The notes beneath the pieces are model-generated. The model was given only the letters and a program-made list of their open reading frames with translations, ran no database searches and was not told where the DNA came from. Shown here piece by piece: positions 58,510-64,000 of a stretch of 64,000 nucleotides of DNA (its first letter is position 1; the number at the start of each line of letters is the position of its first letter). The position numbers and the translations under genes are program-made. Source of the DNA: Eledone cirrhosa (Eukaryota); NCBI GenBank assembly GCA_964016885.1, contig OZ024759.1, positions 11,966,001-12,030,000 on the forward strand, given 5' to 3'.

Positions 58510-60072
58510 TCTATGTACACACATATACATAGAGAGGGAGACACTCACACACATATACATAGAGGCAGATACACACACACATATACATACACACACATAT
58601 ACACACACACATATATACACACAGAGGCAGATACACACACATATACATACACACACACACATATACATACACAGGCACACACACATATACATACACACAC
58701 ATATACACACAGAGGCAGATACACACTCATATACATACACAGGCATATACACACACACATATACATACACAGGCACACACACATATACATACACACACAT
58801 ATACACACACACGTATACACACAGAGGCAGATACACACTCATGTACATACAGAGGCAGATACACACACACATATACATACAGAGGCAGACACTCACACAC
58901 ATATACATACACAGGCAGACACACACATATACATACACAGGCAGACACACACACACATATACATAGAGAGGCAGACACTCACACATATACATACAGAGGC
59001 AGACACACACACACATATACATACACAGAAACACACACACATATACATACAGAGGCAGACACACACACACATATACATACACAGAAACACACACATATAT
59101 ACATAGAGAGGCAGACACTCACACATATACATACAGAGGCAGACACACACACACATATACATACACAGAAACACACACATATATACATACACAGAAACAC
59201 ACACACATATACATACACAGAAACACACACACATATACATACACAGAAACACACACACACACACATCCACTTGTCTTTGCTTTTCTCTATATTATATAAT
59301 TTAAACCCTTTTCAAAGCTGTTTACACATTTTTTCTGCTGGTATTTCATTGAGGGTCAATCAGCCCCCCCGGGGTTGCTCTAATTTTACTATTGCCAAAA
59401 AGGGAAATTTTACGACCACATCTTCATCAATATATTTTCTATCTAATTAACTCCATGTCTATTTAATTACCTGTCCGTCTGTCTATGTACCTACCTATCT
59501 ACATATCTATCTCTCTCCTACTAACAACCATCTGTCTGTCTGTCTATGTACCTACCTATCTACATATCTATCTATCTCTCTCCTACTAACAACCATCTGT
59601 CTATCTAATATCTCCCTCTATCTCTATCTCTCCTACTAACAACCATCTGTCTATCTAATATCTCCCTCTCTCTCTATCTCTCTATCTCTCTCACTAACAA
59701 CTATCTGTCTATCTATTCAGTCTCTCTCTGTGGTTCTCTTTACACTACATAGAAATCTCTATCTATTTCTCTATCTCTATCTCTCTCTATCTCTCTGAGA
59801 ACCATCTGTCTATCTAATCTCTCCCTCTTTCTCTATCTCTCTCTCTCTCTCTCTCTCTTACTGAGAACCATCTGTCTATCTAATATCTCCCTCTCTCTCT
59901 ATCTCTCTATCTCTCTCTCTCTTACTGAGAACCATCTGTCTATCTAATATCTCCCTCTCTATCTATCTATCTATCTATCTCTCTATCTCCCTCTATCTCT
60001 CTATCTCTCTCTCTCTTACTGAGAACCATCTGTCTATCTAATATCTCCCTCTCTATCTATCTATCTATCTAT

Positions 60073-60147
<75 letters not shown>

Positions 60148-60890
60148 TGAGAACCATCTGTCTATCTAACCTCTCTCTCTCTCCCTCTATATCTCTCTCT
60201 CTCACTGAGAACCATCTGTCTATCTAACCTCTCCCTCTCTCTCTATCTCTCTATCTCTCTCTCTCTTACTGAGAACCATCTGTCTATCTAATATCTCCCT
60301 CTCTATCTATCTATCTATCTATCTCTCTATCTCCCTCTCTCTCTATCTCTCTCTCTCTTACTGAGAACCATCTGTCTATCTAATATCTCCCTCTTTATCT
60401 ATCTATCTATCTATCTCTCTATCTCTCTATCTCCCTCTATCTCTCTCTCTCTCTCTCTTACTGAGAACCATCTGTCTATCTAATCTCTCCCTCTCTATCT
60501 ATCTATCTATCTATCTATCCTTCTCTCTATCTCTCTCTCTCTCTCTCTTACTGAGAACCATCTGTCTATCTAACCTCTCTCTCTATATATACCTCTCTAT
60601 CCACCTCTCTCTCTCTCACTGAGAACCATCTGTCTATCTAACCTCTCCCTCTCTATCTATCCCTCTCTCTCCCCCCCCCTCTCTCTGTCTATCTAACCTC
60701 TCCCCCTCTCTCTCTCTCTCCCTCCCTTTCTCTCTCTTACTGAGAACCATCTGTCTATCTAATCTCTCTCTCTCTGTCTATCTAATCTATCCCTCTCTCT
60801 CTCTGTTTATCTAATCTATCCCTCTCTCTCTCTGTTTATCTAATCTCTCCCCCTCTCTCTCTGTCTATCTAATCTCTCCCCTCTATCTCT
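58510..60890. repeat. Compound (CA)n-AGAGGCAGA array (58510-59270) and (CT)n/(TCTA)n-ACTGAGAACCATCTGT array (59470-60890)
   Basis: Direct reading. Confidence 0.9.
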
Positions 60891-61091
60891 CGTAAATCCT
60901 ATCAAATCTTCATGTGATCTCCACATGTTCTCCACATGTATTTTTATAACTAAAAATATTAATTAGACAATAGTATGTTTTATTTTTATTTCTTTAATTT
61001 TAATTAATTTCCTAATTTAAATTAAACAATTTATTTCATATCTAACTCATCTTTTTCATGAAATAACAAAATTTCAATATAGAAAGTTTTA

Positions 61092-61124
<33 letters not shown>

Positions 61125-61127
<3 letters not shown>

Positions 61128-61291
61128 CGAAGGAAATGTGGTAAGGAACCAGGTGGACCATAACGCACCAAAGTACTCAATACTTAGGGTAGTAGAGTGG
61201 GTAATAGGAACGAGTAGGACCCCGACGGCAGAGCTGAAGCCATTTCGACGAAACGGCTTGAGCTCTGCCGTCAGGGTCATACTTGTTCCTA
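61125..61291 (-). mobile_element. Family D fold-back unit (stub also at 61816-61862)
   Basis: Same tail and stem III sequence as 41465-41624. Confidence 0.9.
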
Positions 61292-61363
61292 TATATATAT
61301 ATATAAAACTATATATATATATATATATATAACTCGGGACTCACGTACGTATATATATATATA

Positions 61364-61757
61364 AGCAATGAGTTATTTAATTTGACGAGTATTCAACAAA
61401 TTTAGTTTATAACAGATTCGAAGCACTCTACACGATTTCTTCTGGAGTATAATATCAATAATATTAATAAATGGAGACTATCTTTATAAAACTATATTTA
61501 TTTTATTATATATATTTCAAGGGTACCAAAATTTTGGAACACTCTCATCAGATAAAATACAAAAGTTGTTTTATAGATAGTGACATATCCAAAACAAGAA
61601 CTTATTGTTTTAAGTTCTTATTTTGGATATGTCACTATCTATAAAACAACTTTTGTATTTTATCTGATGAGAGTGTTCCAAAATTTTGGTACCCTTGAAA
61701 TATATATAATAAAATAAATATAGTTTTATAAAGATAGTCTCCATTTATTATTAATAT

Positions 61758-61761
<4 letters not shown>
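61364..61761. mobile_element. Family C-related fold-back with hammerhead 61656-61716 (+) and mirror copy
   Basis: Arms ~61453-61604 and ~61611-61761; tattttat-CTGATGA-gagtgttcca..tggtaccctt-GAAA-tatat-ATA-ataaaata. Confidence 0.9.
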
Positions 61762-61818
<57 letters not shown>

Positions 61819-62139
61819 AAAAGCGTCAGGACCCCGACGGCTGAGCTCTGGCCGTTTAACCTATATATACACATATATATACACATATATATACACATAT
61901 ATATATATATGTATATACATATATATATGTATATATATATATATATATAGACACATATATATATGTATATATATATATGTATATATGTATATATGTATAT
62001 ATATATGTATATATATATACACATATATATATACATATATATATGTATATATATATGTATATATATATATATATATATAGATAGACACATTTATATATAT
62101 ATATATGTATATATATATATACATATATATATGTATATA

Positions 62140-62201
<62 letters not shown>

Positions 62202-62319
62202 TATATATATATATGTATATATGTATATATATATATGTATATATATATATGTATATATATATATGTATATATATATGTATATATGTATATATATATGTAT
62301 ATATATATATGTATATATG

Positions 62320-62355
<36 letters not shown>

Positions 62356-62525
62356 CACACATATATATATATATATACATATATATATGTGTATATATAT
62401 ATACACATATATATGTGTATATATATATATATATATACACATATATATATATATGTGTGTGTATATATATGTGTGTATATATATGTATATATATATATAA
62501 GTATATATATATGTATACATATATA

Positions 62526-62577
<52 letters not shown>

Positions 62578-62581
<4 letters not shown>

Positions 62582-62852
62582 AAAAAAGATGAAATCGAAA
62601 ATGCAACTGGAGTCTTTCTTTTAAAAAATATATATTTATTTGGTTCCTTTACCGGTTTCCAGTACTTCTGCTTATCAAAAGGTGAGTTGAGATGGAGGGT
62701 CTGTGGTTTTTCTCTGATGAGAGTGTACCAAAACTTTTGGTACACTCTCATCAGAGGAAAATCACAGACCCTGGAACCAAAGGAACCAAATAAATATATA
62801 TTTAAAAAAAAAAAGACTCCAGTTGCATTTTCGATTTCATCTTTTTTCCTTA
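62578..62852. mobile_element. Nested double fold-back centred on a hammerhead stem II
   Basis: Outer arms ~62578-62652 and ~62778-62852; inner palindrome ~62697-62771 ctctgatgagagtgtaccaaaa-c-ttttggtacactctcatcagag. Confidence 0.85.
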
Positions 62853-63149
62853 TATATATATATATATATGTGTGTATATATATATCATATATATATATAT
62901 ATAGTAATAGTGTTATGTTATAGTAAAGTTTGCCATAGTCTTAGTCTTTCCTCTTGATAAGATTTATATTAATACTTCTGTGGTTGTATTTCTAATGCCA
63001 TACCACTATTTCAGCAATCTTGAGGGGTTTATTAAAGTCATTAATTAGTTAATTACTAAGATAGTAACATACAGTTGTTATATAAATAGAAGTATAAATA
63101 TATATATGGTGAGTAATAGTAAATCTTTTTCCAGTAACAAGTATAAATA

Positions 63150-64000
63150 TAGCTTGATATAAGATAAGTGTAATACAGTATAACAATATAACATAGCTAG
63201 ATATAAGATAAGTGTAATACAGTATAACAATATAACATAGTTTGATATAAGATAAGTGTAATACAGTATAACAATATAACATAGCTAGATATAAGATAAG
63301 TGTAATACAGTATAACAATATAAGATAGCTAGATAGAAGATAAGTATAATACAGTATAACAATATAACATAGCTAGATATAAGATAAGTGTAATACAGTA
63401 TAACAATATAACATAGTTTGATATAAGATAAGTGTAATACAGTATAACAATATAACATAGCTAGATATAAGATAAGTGTAATACAGTATAACAATATAAG
63501 ATAGCTAGATAGAAGATAAGTATAATACAGTATAACAATATAACATAGCTAGATATAAGATAAGTATAATACAGTATAACAATATAACATAGTTAGATAT
63601 AAGATAAGTGTAATACAGTATAACAATATAACATAGCTAGATATAAGATAAGTGTAATACAGTATAACAATATAACATAGCTAGATATAAGATAAGTGTA
63701 ATACAGTATAACAATATAAGATAAATATAATACAGTATAACAATATAACATAGCTTGATATAAGATAAGTATAATACAGTATAACAATATAGCATAGTTT
63801 GATATAAGATAAGTATAATACAGTATAACAATATAAGATAAATATAATACAGTATAACAATATAACATAGTTTGATATAAGATAAGTGTAATACAGTATA
63901 ACAATATAACATAGCTAGATATAAGATAAGTGTAATACAGTATAACAATATAACATAGCTAGATATAAGATAAGTGTAATACAGTATAACAATATAACAT
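63150..64000. repeat. 44-bp satellite running off the window end
   Basis: AGATATAAGATAAGTGTAATACAGTATAACAATATAACATAGCT. Confidence 0.95.

Overview
Very AT-rich, repeat-dense eukaryotic DNA, most likely from a coleoid cephalopod (octopus-like; inferred from the SINE/RTE repertoire and microsatellite load). The only recognisable host gene is the 3' end of unc-13 (Munc13): three + strand exons encoding the terminal C2C domain (1680-1775, 3157-3316, 6798-7083), followed by a probable ~2.7 kb 3' UTR. Nearly all long ORFs in the track are artefacts of (TA)n/(CA)n repeats. The rest is tRNA-SINEs, RTE-LINE fragments, TTAA- and TA-type MITEs, a Helitron-like end and many minisatellites. The main discovery is about 25 short (0.15-0.8 kb) insertions from more than 10 mutually dissimilar families, nearly all inside (TA)n tracts. 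They share one architecture: inverted partial copy (fold-back), type I hammerhead ribozyme (CUGANGA / stem II / GAAA / stem III / NUH), usually AATAAA, then a 3' tail with a covarying bulged hairpin (RCTC-stem-loop-bulge-GAGY-RCT), then (TA)n. One TA-embedded insertion still encodes a Penelope-type C-terminal GIY-YIG endonuclease, so these are best read as pLTR remnants of TA-targeting Penelope-like retroelements. Unusual ribozyme variants and tail-to-tail dimers recur. All structures were read by eye; repeat boundaries are approximate.
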